64,000 nt of DNA from Anolis carolinensis (lineage: Eukaryota). Numbering within the stretch: the first letter of the stretch is position 1; each line of letters begins with the position of its first letter. The position numbers and the translations under genes are program-made. The DNA is taken from NCBI RefSeq assembly GCF_035594765.1, contig NC_085845.1, forward strand, positions 17,168,024-17,232,023, written 5' to 3'. The notes beneath the pieces are model-generated. The model was not told where the DNA came from. It saw only the letters and a program-made list of their open reading frames with translations, and ran no database searches. This document shows positions 24,993-37,600 of the stretch, one piece after another.

Positions 24993-25355
24993 TTATTTTA
25001 TTTTATTTCGTGTCAAAAGCATTGGTACAGCAAATACATTTCAAATAATGGAAATAAATAGAAAAGAAAAGAAATCACAAGCAACTAAATAGTTTTGGAC
25101 CAAAAGCGGGCAACAGCAACCGCATTGTCTGTAGCTTTAAACAACTCCTCCTCCGTGCATGAGGCAGGGCATTGTGGGCAAGCATACATATGCTGAGTTG
25201 TTTGTTCAGCTCCACAGTCACACAAGGTGGAGGATTCCTCCAGGTAGTGCCACCTTGCCAAGTTGTCTTTTGATCTGCCCACTCCACTTCTGAGTCTGTT
25301 CAGGGACTTCCAAGTTGCCCATTCCTGGTTTGCCCCTGGAGGAAGACCCTCTTGG
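24993..25355 (-). mobile_element. 5'-truncated Vingi (Ingi-related) non-LTR retrotransposon 3' end
   Basis: ORF 25085-25396 encodes LPPG...W..W..LNRLRSGVGR...CDCG.EQT..H...C (I/Ingi/Vingi C-terminal CCHC); ends TGACACGAAATAAAATAAAATAA. Confidence 0.85.
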
Positions 25356-25359
25356 TTAC

Positions 25360-25500
25360 CTCTGTGTCTTCGTCTCTGTCTCTGTCTGTATGTCATATGG
25401 CAATGAATGTTTTCATGTATATGTACATTGTGATCCGCCCCTATTCCCCTTCGTGGTTAGAAGAGTGGAATATAAATACTGTAAAAATAAATAAATAAAT
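25360..25500 (+). mobile_element. 3' half of an L2-tailed SINE (family of 62302-62538)
   Basis: Aligns to the reverse complement of 62310-62440; ends in (TAAA)n. Confidence 0.75.
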
Positions 25501-25726
25501 AGATTGTTGCTAACATTGACAGAAATGTCTAAAACAGACATTAGGTGGGGTTCAGAAACCTGTTGCTAAATTGTTCCCAACCCTAACATGGAACTAAAGG
25601 GCCCCCATTTTGGGTCAGAACCCACAGTTTATGAAGCCGTGCTTTAGGGAACACATTTCAGCATTTGCAAACATGATTATTAAACTCTACACAGATATAT
25701 ATTCTTTCCTTTCCTTACTTAGTTTA

Positions 25727-25834
25727 TCCATACCTCACAACCTCTGAGGATGTCTGCCATAGATGTGGGCGAAACGTCAGGAGAGAATACTTCTGGAACA
25801 TGGCCACACAGCCCAAAAGACATACAACAACCCT
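25727..25834 (+). mobile_element. Penelope pLTR fragment with hammerhead motif
   Basis: ACCTCACAACCTCTGAGGATG...GGGCGAAACGTCAGG...CAACAACCC. Confidence 0.85.
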
Positions 25835-25883
25835 ATGATTATTAAACGTTTTCAATAAAAGGGCAAACGTTTTCTTTCTTTTA

Positions 25884-26016
25884 GGCCATATAATCCAGAT
25901 TATCAAAGCAGATCATCCACATTTTCTGCTTTGAACTGGATTATTTGAGTCCGCACTGCCATAAACCCAGTTCAAAGCAGATAATCTGGATTTTATATGG
26001 TAGTGTAGAAGGGGCC
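25884..26016. mobile_element. Harbinger-like MITE
   Basis: Palindromic body; TTA on both flanks (3-bp TWA TSD typical of PIF/Harbinger). Confidence 0.75.
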
Positions 26017-26029
26017 TTAGTGAAGATAG

Positions 26030-26230
26030 ATACCCTACATGCACCAGATCCTGTCTGATCCTGTTGAAGCAGGGTCAATCTGGATTAGTACTTGGATGGA
26101 AGACCAGCAACAATTACTAGGTGCTGTCAGAGTAAAAAACTGGAAAAAATTAAGTCTGAATATTCCTTGATTATGAAAGCCCTATGAAATGTATGGGATT
26201 GTCATAAATCAACAGGTGGCTTGAATGTGG
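26030..26230 (+). mobile_element. 5S rRNA-derived SINE (SINE3)
   Basis: CCAGATCCTGTCTGATC..GAAGCAGGGTC..CTGGATTAGTACTTGGATGGAAGACC..GGTGCTGT is a diverged 5S rRNA, followed by a non-5S body. Confidence 0.8.
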
Positions 26231-26310
26231 AACGGACACATAAACATGGAGCAAAACATTTAATCTGAGTTAATACTGGGTTTGGAGATGGGTGCTGATA
26301 TTGATTAATT

Positions 26311-26470
26311 NNNNNNNNNNNNNNNNNNNNNNNNNNNNNNNNNNNNNNNNNNNNNNNNNNNNNNNNNNNNNNNNNNNNNNNNNNNNNNNNNNNNNNNNNN
26401 NNNNNNNNNNNNNNNNNNNNNNNNNNNNNNNNNNNNNNNNNNNNNNNNNNNNNNNNNNNNNNNNNNNNNN
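26311..26470. other. Assembly gap (160 N)
   Basis: Run of N. Confidence 1.
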
Positions 26471-27509
26471 GCAACCCCAGTTTTATCAGAAAAAGAAATA
26501 AATGATACCAAACATGTAGTATCTGGCTCCAGGAAAGAATTGGGTGAGCAAAACAACCTGGACAACACATACAAAAGCCTGCAGAGGTACCAGCAACTGT
26601 TCTGTTGACCATGGCAAATAGAGCAGAAGATTTATACATGGTTTAGTGGTTTTCTTTCAGTGTTACTTAGAGTTGCCACCTGCAGTTAAACCTAAAGGTG
26701 AATTGGAGGTTGTAGCTCAGGAAAAATGATTGGAGGTTATTCTTATCCTGGGAAGCAAAATAAATAAGAAATAAAAATAGCAAACTTTAGTCTATCTGTT
26801 AGAAACTTAGCAGTTGGATTTCCTTTAACTCCTGACTGTTGTAGACACAGAGCTGCACAATGTTGGTGCAATGTCTGAAGTAAAGGATGCAAAGAATATT
26901 TATAAGTATTTGGTTAAAGATAGAAAAACAGATTTTTCAAGGACAACGAGAGCAGCATGACTTTTGCTAATTTTTTCCATAGTATTTGAATATTTAAAAA
27001 ATATTTTTGGGAAGTTATTATTCAGAAAATGTCAGGGGTGGGGTTGTTGCAAAAATGTATTTTGTGTACATACATTGGGAGGGATGGACATTTGTGTTAT
27101 CCACTCAGTTATATCCATGTCATTTTGGGCCATTCAAATATGGAAAGCAGCTCAAGAGAAATCTACAACCATTATTCATGCTTGCAGGGATGAACAAAAT
27201 AGTAAATATATATATATATATTCCTATCTGGAGAAAATGTGGGAAGTACTAACCCTCCAGATTGTCCTACTTTTTAGCAAAGTATTCAGGAAAGGAAATT
27301 CAACTTTTCAGTTGGTTGCAGAGTTCCTCAATACCATTTTAATATATTTTAAAACCCTTTTGTTCCAAAGAGAGGGAATTCAGGACACTGGAGGAAGCAT
27401 TGGGCATCCTGTGAATCAATAAAGATTACAAGGAATATAAGATGAATCCTTGGGCCTGCCTTATTTCCTCACCCATCATCTAGGTCTAATAGATGTCCTG
27501 CTGTGAACG

Positions 27510-27675
27510 GTTGTGGAAACCAACTGGGTGATTTTGGGCAAGTCACACTTTTATATCTTTAGAGGGAAATAAAGCAAGCAAACCCCCTCTTAGCATGTGG
27601 CCAAGAAAAGCCTATCATCCTTGCACCTTCTATACACCATAACTTGAAAGTTAATTGAAGGCACACAGCAACAAA
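27510..27675 (+). mobile_element. Degraded SINE (family of 5995-6150)
   Basis: CTGGGTGATTTTGGGCAAGTCAC core; GAAGGCACACAGCAAC tail. Confidence 0.55.
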
Positions 27676-28469
27676 TGATATCTTTTGCCAATATGTAACC
27701 TTTTAAAACATAAGTATGTTTTGTTCACTCATAAGTCTGGTGTGTGTCTCTGTGTATATAAAGCCTGAGGAGTAGCAGACTGTACAGCTCCATTAAGTAC
27801 TATGGTGTCTTCTGCTGTTGTTATATTACGTGATGTACTCCCAGCATTAAAAAGATATACAGAAACTCATAAAAGGAAAATGTACACAATCAATAGAATG
27901 CTTTCCCAAGCAATGATGTTGGGATTGATCCAAAGTAATTTGATTTTGACCTTTTTCATCCTGCACTGAGATCACACATACCAATACCATTAACCAGAAG
28001 TAACAGTGAGTTGGAGCGAGCCTTTTAACAGCTGGCGTTCTATTGATTTAGAACAGAGAGCAAAGCTGTTAGCATCAAACTGTTTATATCATCAAAGCTT
28101 TTTTAAAATAATAATAATAATGAAAATCTTCAGTCACTAATAAGCTCTCAAGCCTAATTTCTGAGTTTATGCATGTGCCACAAAGCTATAGCATTAATAC
28201 ATACCAGATAATGGAATAAAAACAAAGTAGTGTCCCCTTCCTGTTTTAAACACGGCCTCTGTGCGTACATGATTGCTCCCTTTCTACTTTGTGTCTCCTT
28301 GAGAGAGGTAAATCCTGGCTTATTTTGCACTTGTACAGTAAACAAGAGAATTAAAAAATAATACTCTCCTTGATGTGAGCTGCCACAAGACTTCAGGCTT
28401 TCTGTGGAGCTGATCTTGCTAAAAATGTGTACATTTTCTATTTTAGTTGGTGCGCATTGCTGTAAAAAC

Positions 28470-28650
28470 ATTGTTGTTCTTCTTGTGTGCTAGTCCTTTC
28501 TGATTTACGGTGATCCTGAAAAAAATATATCACAGGGCAAGATTTGTATAGAGGCAGTTTGCCTTTGTTTTCCTCTGAGGCTGAGAAAGTGTGTCTTATC
28601 TAAGGCAACTCAGTGGGTTTCCATGGCTGAGCAGGGATGTGAATCCTTGG
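28470..28650 (-). mobile_element. Degraded SINE (family of 5995-6150)
   Basis: Reverse-complement core and box-B-like GGGATGTGAATCC. Confidence 0.55.
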
Positions 28651-31184
28651 GCACATCTATGCTGACCACTTAGTGCAAAGGGCCAGAGAATCAGCCCTGT
28701 GGCAGCTAAATGAGGCATGGAGCTGATCCAGGTGAATGCAGGTCAAAGCTACTTAATGCAACCTTGAACCACATCAACCAAAGTTGTGGGTTACTTCACA
28801 TTGTCCACCAGAATTTGGAGAAATTCTACTTTGAGTCCATGTAAACTGTCGGGCCACGTATGCACAGTTTCTTGGCACTGACTTTCCGAAGTTTAATTGG
28901 GTATTACTAGAAGTTGAATCTGACCCCTCCCCAATATCTGTCCCTGTTCTCTCCTGTCCTTCCTTCTATTCCCCATCTATACCCACACAGCTCAGAGCTA
29001 CTGATGGCACCATCAGTCATTATGATCAACAGAAAATGACAAATTGAGGTTATCTGTGCCAAGTCACCAGAGCTGTGAAAAGTCAAATAAACATTAGGAA
29101 GCCTTCCAAGAAGTAAAAGAAAAGAGAAAAATAAACCCTCTGCTGTATCTGAAATGCCTCACTCACTTTCCTTCTCACATTTCAGAAAATGTCATTCTAG
29201 TGTTAAATCATGGGCAGTGAATGCTGGAGATGGGTTTAAAGGGAGAGGGAAACAAAGATTTGAGGCTAAGATATTTCATCCCAGACTCTAGGGATGGTCT
29301 GTTTAGAAAATGTTGCCAGGCAATTATTGCATGTTTTTATTTTGCTTAATTAACTCTGGCTACGATAAGCAGCAGCGATTGTGGGCACTCATGACATCTT
29401 TCCCAGCGGTTGCTGACAAAGATAATTCAGGACTTCATAGTATTAGCTGTTAGCTAAAATATTGCTGCCCGTCCCCTTGATAATGCTTCCTAACTGAAAG
29501 ATAATAAAGATTCTTTGTGTGTCAACTTAAAAAATGATTACCTAACAAGTAAACTGTGCAATCTGTGGGAATGTGCACGGTTATTTTCTGTTTCTGTCTG
29601 ATCAGCATTCCAATTGGATAAGACTGTTGTTCTTTGAATCCTCATTATAGAATGGAACTACACACCCTTTTGGGCATTGAAAAGTACTAGAAATTTACAT
29701 CAGTGATCAGAGCTTTACTATGTTTGAGTGACAAATCTAAAAACATAAAATCCTAGAATCTAGGGGGTCATTCAATCCAACCCCATTTTGCCATGCAGAA
29801 ATACAGTAGGAAGCTCTTTTCTTGGCTGCAAAATGAATAGCTAGAGATATTATTTCCTTACTTACTTTAGAGAAATTTCAGGGCAAATAACCTTTGGTGC
29901 TAGAGAGAATATACCAGTATATACATCATGACTAGCAGACATGACTTGTAGTCCTCATTGTAGCCCCCCAAGAATGCCAAAATCGTCACGAAAATATTGA
30001 CTTTAATGTTGTGTGTCAAACACTGGACATGTGCATTGGGCATGTGGACATAGCTTCATAAGTGTTCATCGGCTAATAGTGGCTGGCCAAGTACATTTGT
30101 CACTGGTTTGTTTGTGTGTTTCCTTCACACATTTGATGTAACTTCCCACCAAAAGTATCAATGCAGCAAACTCAATAAGATTTCCAATGCTAACATGTGA
30201 AAATAATATACAATAATATAATTAACACTCAAATTATAAATGGCAGGGATACGTATCTCAAGAAAGCCTGTGCAAAATGGAGGCAGATGTTTTCTACCTG
30301 ATATGGTGTTTTGGATATAAGTGAAATAAAAGACACATAATAATGAAACGTATGTTGATTTTAGAACATTCAGCAAATCCTTTCACACTAGTGTATAAAC
30401 TACAATATCATGTCTGTATTTATTTTAAATTCTAGTGACTATAGTGTGAGTTTTTGATGTGGATTTGAGAGCTGCAGTGTGATCCAATACTTCCATTACT
30501 TCTCTCTGGAGAGGGCAGGTTCCCCTTCCTGTCCCAAAACTCTACAGATGTTGATTAACTTGGTGAGAACAGGTGTGTATAAGGCATTAACTGTAGGGAC
30601 CTTTTGCAGAATTCCTGGTTTTGCATAGTTCCCAGGAGTGCTCTATTTCTACAAAACCAGGTTCTGGTTCTACATGTATAACAGATGTTTGGACCAGTAT
30701 TCAGATGTGAAAATGTGTAGGAAGCAGCCGGATTGCTTTTACAGTTGAGAACTTGGATATGCTCACCACTGTGTTTGGCTGGAATTTGGGAGCATGGCTT
30801 CCTTCCAGTAAATAGCTGGATGGGGAAAATCTATATTGATGCTGTTTTTGCAACCTGGTGCTGATGATCTGATGTCTTTGTCAATGAACACTCAAGTTTA
30901 TAATGGCTATTATAGCAGTTGCAGAGGCTGTGATCCAAAAAAAAAAGTTAAAGCTGGATGCACAGCCAAAATAAACTGGAATTGATGATATCTTCTTTAA
31001 ATCTTCAACCTGAATGTGGTGGGAAATGATCTCCCTGCCCATCACATGATGACAAGATCTTACTGCCCATCACATGTAGGTCTCACAGCAGATATGTATA
31101 CTTAAGGATGGACAGAGCTGTCAGTTTTATTTCTCTCTTTCTCTACTATATTTGTGTTCATTCTTTTCTAATGGTTTCTCTTTG

Positions 31185-32082
31185 TACTGGAGATTAGTGT
31201 CCAGTGGGGTGCTTCAGCATTCTTTTCCTAGGCCTGGAATTATTCGACATGTTTATAAATCTTTTGGATGAGGAATGGAAGGCAAGCTTACTGAAATCAC
31301 ATCTGAAATCCAAACTAGAAGGGATAGTTGATGCCCCAGAGAACAGAATTGGAATTACAAATTATCTTGACAGATTGCAGAGCTGGCCCCGAATTAACAA
31401 CATTACTTTCAATGGGAATAAATGGTACATACTTCAATTAGGCAGACAAAATGAAATATGTTAATATAGAATGGGTGATAGTTGGCTCCACAACAGTATG
31501 TATAAGAATGATCTAGGGGTCTCAATAGACACAGTCTAAACAGCCCCCCACAAAAACAAATGGAATTTTAGGCAGCATCAACAGACGTATATCATCCAGA
31601 TCAAGGAATGTAATATTGCTTCTCAGTTCTGGTTTGGTCAGACCTCACTTTGGGATAACACAGCTCAAGAAGGATATTGGTAAGATGGAATGTATCCAGA
31701 GGAGGGTGGCCATGACATAAGAAGATCTTGAAACCAAGCTATCCTAGTTACTGTTGTTGCATTGATCTTGGAGATGAGAAGATTGAGAGGTGATATTTCA
31801 GCCATTATTATTTGAATTAGTATTTGAATGGATGTCATGCAGAAGATGGAACAAACTAGTCCTATGCTGATCCAGTGGCTAGTGGGCGTATTTAAATTTC
31901 CAGAAATGAGTAAGAAGTTCCTGATGTAAGAGCTGTTCAATAATGGAATGTATTGCCTGAGAGACTAGTGGACTCTCCTTCTTTGGAAGTATTTAATCAG
32001 AGATTGGATGGGCATCTGCATAGTCCTGTATGGCAAAGGGTTGGGCAAGATGGCCTTTATCTTCTCTTGCAACTCGAGGATT
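31185..32082 (+). mobile_element. Old CR1 LINE, RT domain to 3' end, degenerate
   Basis: ORF 31204-31464 retains CR1 RT motifs (LF.MFIN.LDE, KL.G.VD, LDRL.SW, FN..K..LQLG); CR1-type 3' UTR (GGGTTGGGCAAGATGGCC). Confidence 0.85.
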
Positions 32083-33613
32083 CCAGTTCCCACATAGCTT
32101 TAAAACTTAAGGTTTGCAAATAAATGCATTATATGCATTGTCATGAATATTTATTTTCAAAATCACATTTTGATACATCTGAGGTGGCCAATGTATATCA
32201 GAAGTGCCTGAGGTACATTAGGACTCTTGCTGGTTCACAATTCGCTAACCGGATTTTATTGTATGGAGTTACAGATGTGTGAAGTTATAAAACACAAGTT
32301 GTGATGTGGGATCATGGCTCGTGTATCTATTCTTTATGGTGGCAGGGAGAAACCTTAAAATGCAAAGTCATTTTCAGTTGAGTGTTATATTAGACCTTTT
32401 AAAAAGACACACGTGTTACTTAAATTCAATTGATGGTCATTGAAAAAGAAATGGGATTGACAACAGGTCCATAAAAGATTACTATTAAAGATGTCCATTA
32501 AATGACTGAAATTTTAGCAGAAACAGCTGAAGATTAAATTCCTTGAAGATGAAGAAATAAGTAGGGATGCAGTCACAAACACCATTACCAAACAGTCAAA
32601 GAGAGGAGAGACTTTTCTATTCAGAGAATTCTAAATTGGTTCACAAAATTTTTGGCCATGTATGTTTCTGCATGACTCCTTGGGGATTGTTGTCTGGCTA
32701 ACTGTGCAACATTGCCTTTCATTCTGTGGATGTTGTGAGTCACTATACCATGCTTCATGTAACTCCAATTTACAAGACAATGAAGTCATTTGCAGCAACT
32801 GAAACAGCTTCACTGAGACCAGTGGAGTGTAATTACTGTAACTTCTTAGCTTGCCTTGAAATTGGTTGTGGCTTCAGCTGCTGGGCCAGAATACTGACCA
32901 TGTAGGTGCAAATGCAGCACCAAACATTGAAATAAATGTCATTTCTCATTGTGTCTAGAAGTAAACAGCTAGTAGGCTCCCTCATCCTATAAATGAATAT
33001 TGCAATTGGGGACAGTCTTACGTAAAAGTGATTACAATAGTGGGGTAAGATCTGGGAGAGACGGGTTCATGTCTTCACTCAGCTACAAAATTTAATGCAT
33101 GTCCTTAGACTCTTCTTCGATCTTCTCTCTTTGTATGATCTCATTATTTCCTAGCTGACCAGCAGACACATTTTCTGAGTATTTTTGTGCAAATAAATTT
33201 CTTTCACCACTGCCACACCAGCACCCAAATCTAATTTCCTTATCAGGGTCATTGTGTCCCTTTTTGTTTTAAGAATGTGAAAACGAATGGATACTTCCGC
33301 CCACTACTCTGTGGAAAGAGAGGCTAATGAGGTTTGTATACCTGAAAAATATGCCTATATCCCAACATTTCACAGAAGAAAATCAGGGCATATCTGGACA
33401 AGCATTAAGGTAGAATGCCATCAAGATAACAGAAGTTATTCATGAGGAAGAACACACACATGGTAAGAGAATTAGCAGCAGTTTGGTCTTGCCTAAGTCT
33501 ACTGGAAGGGTCATGCTTTTCCTCCTCATATCTCTCCTGCTGAATTAGTTTGATACATACTATACTTGCACATTGAACTTAGCTTGCAGAAACTGAAGTA
33601 ACCACCTTATCAC

Positions 33614-33908
33614 ATTGAGAAATTTCCCATTCGTAGAACACTTCAGCCTCTATTCAAGCATGGAGAGGTATTGAGCTCATCACATGAGTTAAACTACTTC
33701 TGGCAGTCATGCATAGCTCTGTATGGTTGAAAAGAAGCAGAAGTGTCCTGAAAGGAGAGAACTCTGACAATCAACTTCATCATATTGAGAATATTCCCCC
33801 TCATAGGACACTTAAGCCTCGTTTCTAGCATGGAGAGGCATGGAGCTCACCACATATTCCAGGGTTGAAAAGAGGCTGAAATGTCTTGAAAGGAGGGAAC
33901 TCTGAACA
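33614..33908 (+). repeat. Diverged local tandem duplication (about 170-bp period, 2 copies)
   Basis: 33614-33769 vs 33784-33908 share ATTGAGAA..., AGCATGGAGAGG..GAGCTCA.CACAT and GGTTGAAAAGA...TGAAAGGAG.GAACTCTGA. Confidence 0.75.
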
Positions 33909-34032
33909 TGGGCAGCAATAGTGTTCAGAGCTCCTACCTCTTATCACACTTTACTCTCATCTTTACAACTGAAACCATCAAAGTTTTCTGTCCTGTTTCA
34001 TTGCTCAACCGTCAGCAGTCTCTTATATCCTA

Positions 34033-34634
34033 CTAGCTGTTCCCGGCCACGCGTTGCTATGGCGAAGTATGGTGGTATGGGAAATAAAGTATTGAGGAAT
34101 TGGTGGTAGTTAAGGTAAAGGGTAAAGGTTTTCCCCTGACATTAAGTCCAGTCGTGTCTGACTCTGGGGGTTGGTGCTCATCTCCATTTCTAAGCCGAAG
34201 AGCCGGCGTTGTCCGTAGACTCCTCCAAGGTCATGTGGCCGGCATGACTGCATGGAGCACTGTTACCTTCCCGCCAGAGCAGTACTTATTCATCTACTCT
34301 CATTTGCATGTTTTCGAACTTCTGGGTTGGCAGAAGCTGGGGCTTTAGATAATCTGTGGAAGAGGCCTAAGTGAAGCCTAACTCTGCCTGTCCCCTGGGC
34401 TGAGTCAGTTGCTAGGAGACCAAGTGGGCAGAGCTTAGACTTCTAACTGGCAGCAATTGGATAAAAACAATTATTCCTCTCCCTCTAGTTAGGACTTTAT
34501 TTTTCTTTTCTTTTTGTTGTATCAACCTAGAGCCGTGGATGATGGGTTGTGTTGTCAAATTTCGAGGTTGGGGGGCCTGTAGTTTTGTTGTTTTGTCCGC
34601 TACCCTGATGCCATCACTCTTTTATATATATAGA
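34033..34634 (-). mobile_element. Non-autonomous Helitron (rolling-circle transposon)
   Basis: Minus strand begins TCTATATATATAAAAG, ends with hairpin GCCATAGCAACGCGTGGC then ...CAGCTAG; inserted between A and T with no TSD. Confidence 0.88.
34111..34344 (-). mobile_element. 5'-truncated Sauria SINE inside the Helitron
   Basis: Tail and body match the other Sauria copies; lacks the tRNA head and a TSD. Confidence 0.9.
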
Positions 34635-37600
34635 TGGGGTTGAATGCAGATCAATAGGATCCTATGGAAAGCAATGGTTTTAACTTGGATCACTGTTTCT
34701 TGTATCCACTGGGGTTTGGGGCAGTACAATTTTTCCTATGGGAAGATGGGGTTTTAAACTGGTGTCAGTCTCCTTTAATGTCAGGGGCTTTGGGCAGGGC
34801 AAGGGATCTCTTGCTTTTTGGATATTGTTTTCTCTCCTGATTAAAAAAAAACTTGAATGATGAATGTAAAATGAATGTATTGCCAGCTCTCAAGCTTCCA
34901 TGAGTGAGTGTGATGGGGAGGCAGAACTTGAAACAGGACTGTTGATGCTATAAGAGGGGTGAGAGCTGGTTTTAAGGATCGCTGTGGGTCCCAGCATGAG
35001 GAAAGACTAAACGGTTTCAGCAAAAGCAGAAGGGGTTAAACTGCCACTGCTTAATTGGACTTTGGGCGGACCAAGAACCCCTCTAAAAGCTTGATAAAGT
35101 CCATTTCCAAATTAGCTGTATTTGCAGCTCTCTTGCCTTCCACTCATTTATTTATAGCATAAAATTCTTTCAGATTTCTTTCTGCCTTGAAGTCATGGGA
35201 GAGTAGATGTTGGCTGAGCCATAAGAGGAGGAAGAAATGGGTTATTTCCCCAACGGCCCTTACAGTGTTTAAAATAAATAGTAACTACAGTGGCTTAGAT
35301 CCAACTACTGGTTTTTTTTTTCTAAAAAGGGGGAAAAGGATTGTTGTGCCCCAGCTTGTCAGCTGAGCAAATCCAGCCATTTGAGCTGAGTTGAGAATGT
35401 TTGGGTAAGCAAGAAGCCTTTGCTGAGGAAAGATCTGCAAAAAGATTGTCAAAGCCAAGGTATCTTCATTTTATTTCTTTATTGACTGTTCATAATGCTG
35501 GGGTTGGGTTGCATTTTTGTGCTGCTTCTTCTGACTTTTTCATTTTTTCCCCAGAGGATATGTTGGCTATTTTAGCTCCGTTTTATGAAACAGACTGTTT
35601 AGTGTAGTTATGTCATTGTGCTAAATATGTGCATACTTTACTGCTGGACAAAGCTGGGGACAGACAGAAACTAGAATCGGTGCTAATCTCTAAGAGATGC
35701 TAGTGAAGGAAACAGATGCGGGAGATTTCAAACATGGGAGGAAAAAAGAGCTGTCAGCTTAAAGTTGCTGCAAGACTATTGTTTCTGTGGTGTTGCTTTA
35801 TCTAGGGAAAGCAAAGTTCATAGTTGTTAAGAACTGGATCTGTAGAAGAACTACTGTGAATGCAGAATGGTTAAGCAGATGTATGAACTACTTGCTATGT
35901 TAATTCCTTAAGAGTATGCATTACAGCTGCCCTCTATGTCAGGCATAGCCTGAGATTCTGCTAAAGAGATGTGCTCAAGGGATGAAGATACGGGAATGCT
36001 AATTTGGCAAGCTTGGACCTCACTACAGCTTTTCAACACCTGGGAGGGTTACCTTTGTGGCCCTTCTCCTGGTGTTAAGGTATTTTAATATTGCATACAT
36101 TTGAATAAATTAATGTAAGTGAAGGAGGCACATTGGCGGTGGTGGCTGCCCGGTGTGGGAATGAGTTCCAATGGATTTCTGAAATTTCTATCATCCAAAT
36201 TGTTTCGCCCTTGCAATCAACTCATTTTTACCTGCTGACATTTTACAAGGGATGTCAGATAGAAGCAATATCTTTTTACAGCTTTCCCCCCTCTTCCAAA
36301 GAATGTAGTTTCCCTTAATAGTCTTGAGGAGATGTTTCTTCCTAATAAACTGTCTCCCTAATTACAACTGAGTAGAGGAAAAGGGGGAGTTGAAAATAGA
36401 AATTTCAAGTGAGCGTGGTAGATGAGGAAAATGCCTTTTTTCCCCATCGTAGTGGAGATTATTAGGAACATGGTGGAAATTATATTCTCCCTCCTTTAAA
36501 AATAAACCCTTTCATTTTGCCAATGTTGCAAGAGGCAGCAGAGAATTATTCTTATGTCACCTCCTGAAACAAAGCCACATCATGATAGAGCAGAGGTTCG
36601 TAACCAGGAGTTCACATGAGCTTGAACTGAAAACAAATCTTTATTTTCTCTGTCCTCTAACTGAAATCTAGCATTTCCTTCACTTATGAATCTAAGCAAT
36701 AAATTACTGTAGTATTAATTTTAAAATACATTACAGTTGTTGAATAACTCAAAAATTTGCTTACATTGAAATTAAGATAGTTGTAAGACCCGATGCTAGA
36801 TCACACATGTTCCCAGTCCAGTTATGTACAATCAACTGCATGACTTAGCAAAAGAGAATAGGTAACAAACAGAAGGAGATCAGGTATTCATATCATGGGA
36901 AAGCTGTAATATGTAATTTTGAACAATCCTAAAAATTTAATTTAAAGACATGCTGATGTTGAGTGCAGCAAAACAATCTGCTGCTACATTCTGAGAAAGG
37001 GTCCATGGTTTTCACCTGATTGGAAAAGAGGTATATGGAACAAAAAAGAATCCCTGAGTTAGAGGGAGGTCAGCTTCACTAACCACAATATCAGTAGACA
37101 TGATAAGAACCAGGTTGAATGCCATCCTTGCTAAACCTGGGTTCTTATCCCAGTTTCTAATAAAACATTTCCATTATAGGCCCAGGAGAAGATGGAATAC
37201 TTACTTTTGGGAACACTAGTGGCTATGTTGGTGAGGTTGGATGGGGAGTTCTAGAAGTTTGAGTCCCCAAAACAATTGTTTTAGGCCCTGCCAAGGCCAA
37301 CTGCTTTCTAGATTTGCAAAGAAGAAGAATGTCATTGCAGTGTGCTCTTTATTGGGGAACCACTATGTGGTTTTATCATTTTCAGCCTGTAGCCATCTTT
37401 AGTTGATCATCTACAATGGTCAGTAAATCCACAACCACTCTGGGATAGAAATCCTCCAGACTGGCCCTGGAAATGCCCACATGGTCATGTTGAGTGAAGA
37501 CCACATCGATCTTGTTGGACCATCAGCTCAACTTCCATGTTGACATTGCCACTCACAGCCAATCACAGAGCTCCGTGTGATCTGTCCCCTTTTCCCTGCA

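Noticed and set aside
26030-26130. 5S rRNA gene
   Set aside because: Heavily diverged with indels and fused to a SINE body; a SINE3 head rather than a functional rRNA gene.
26202-26639. ORFs spanning the N run
   Set aside because: Artefacts of the assembly gap.
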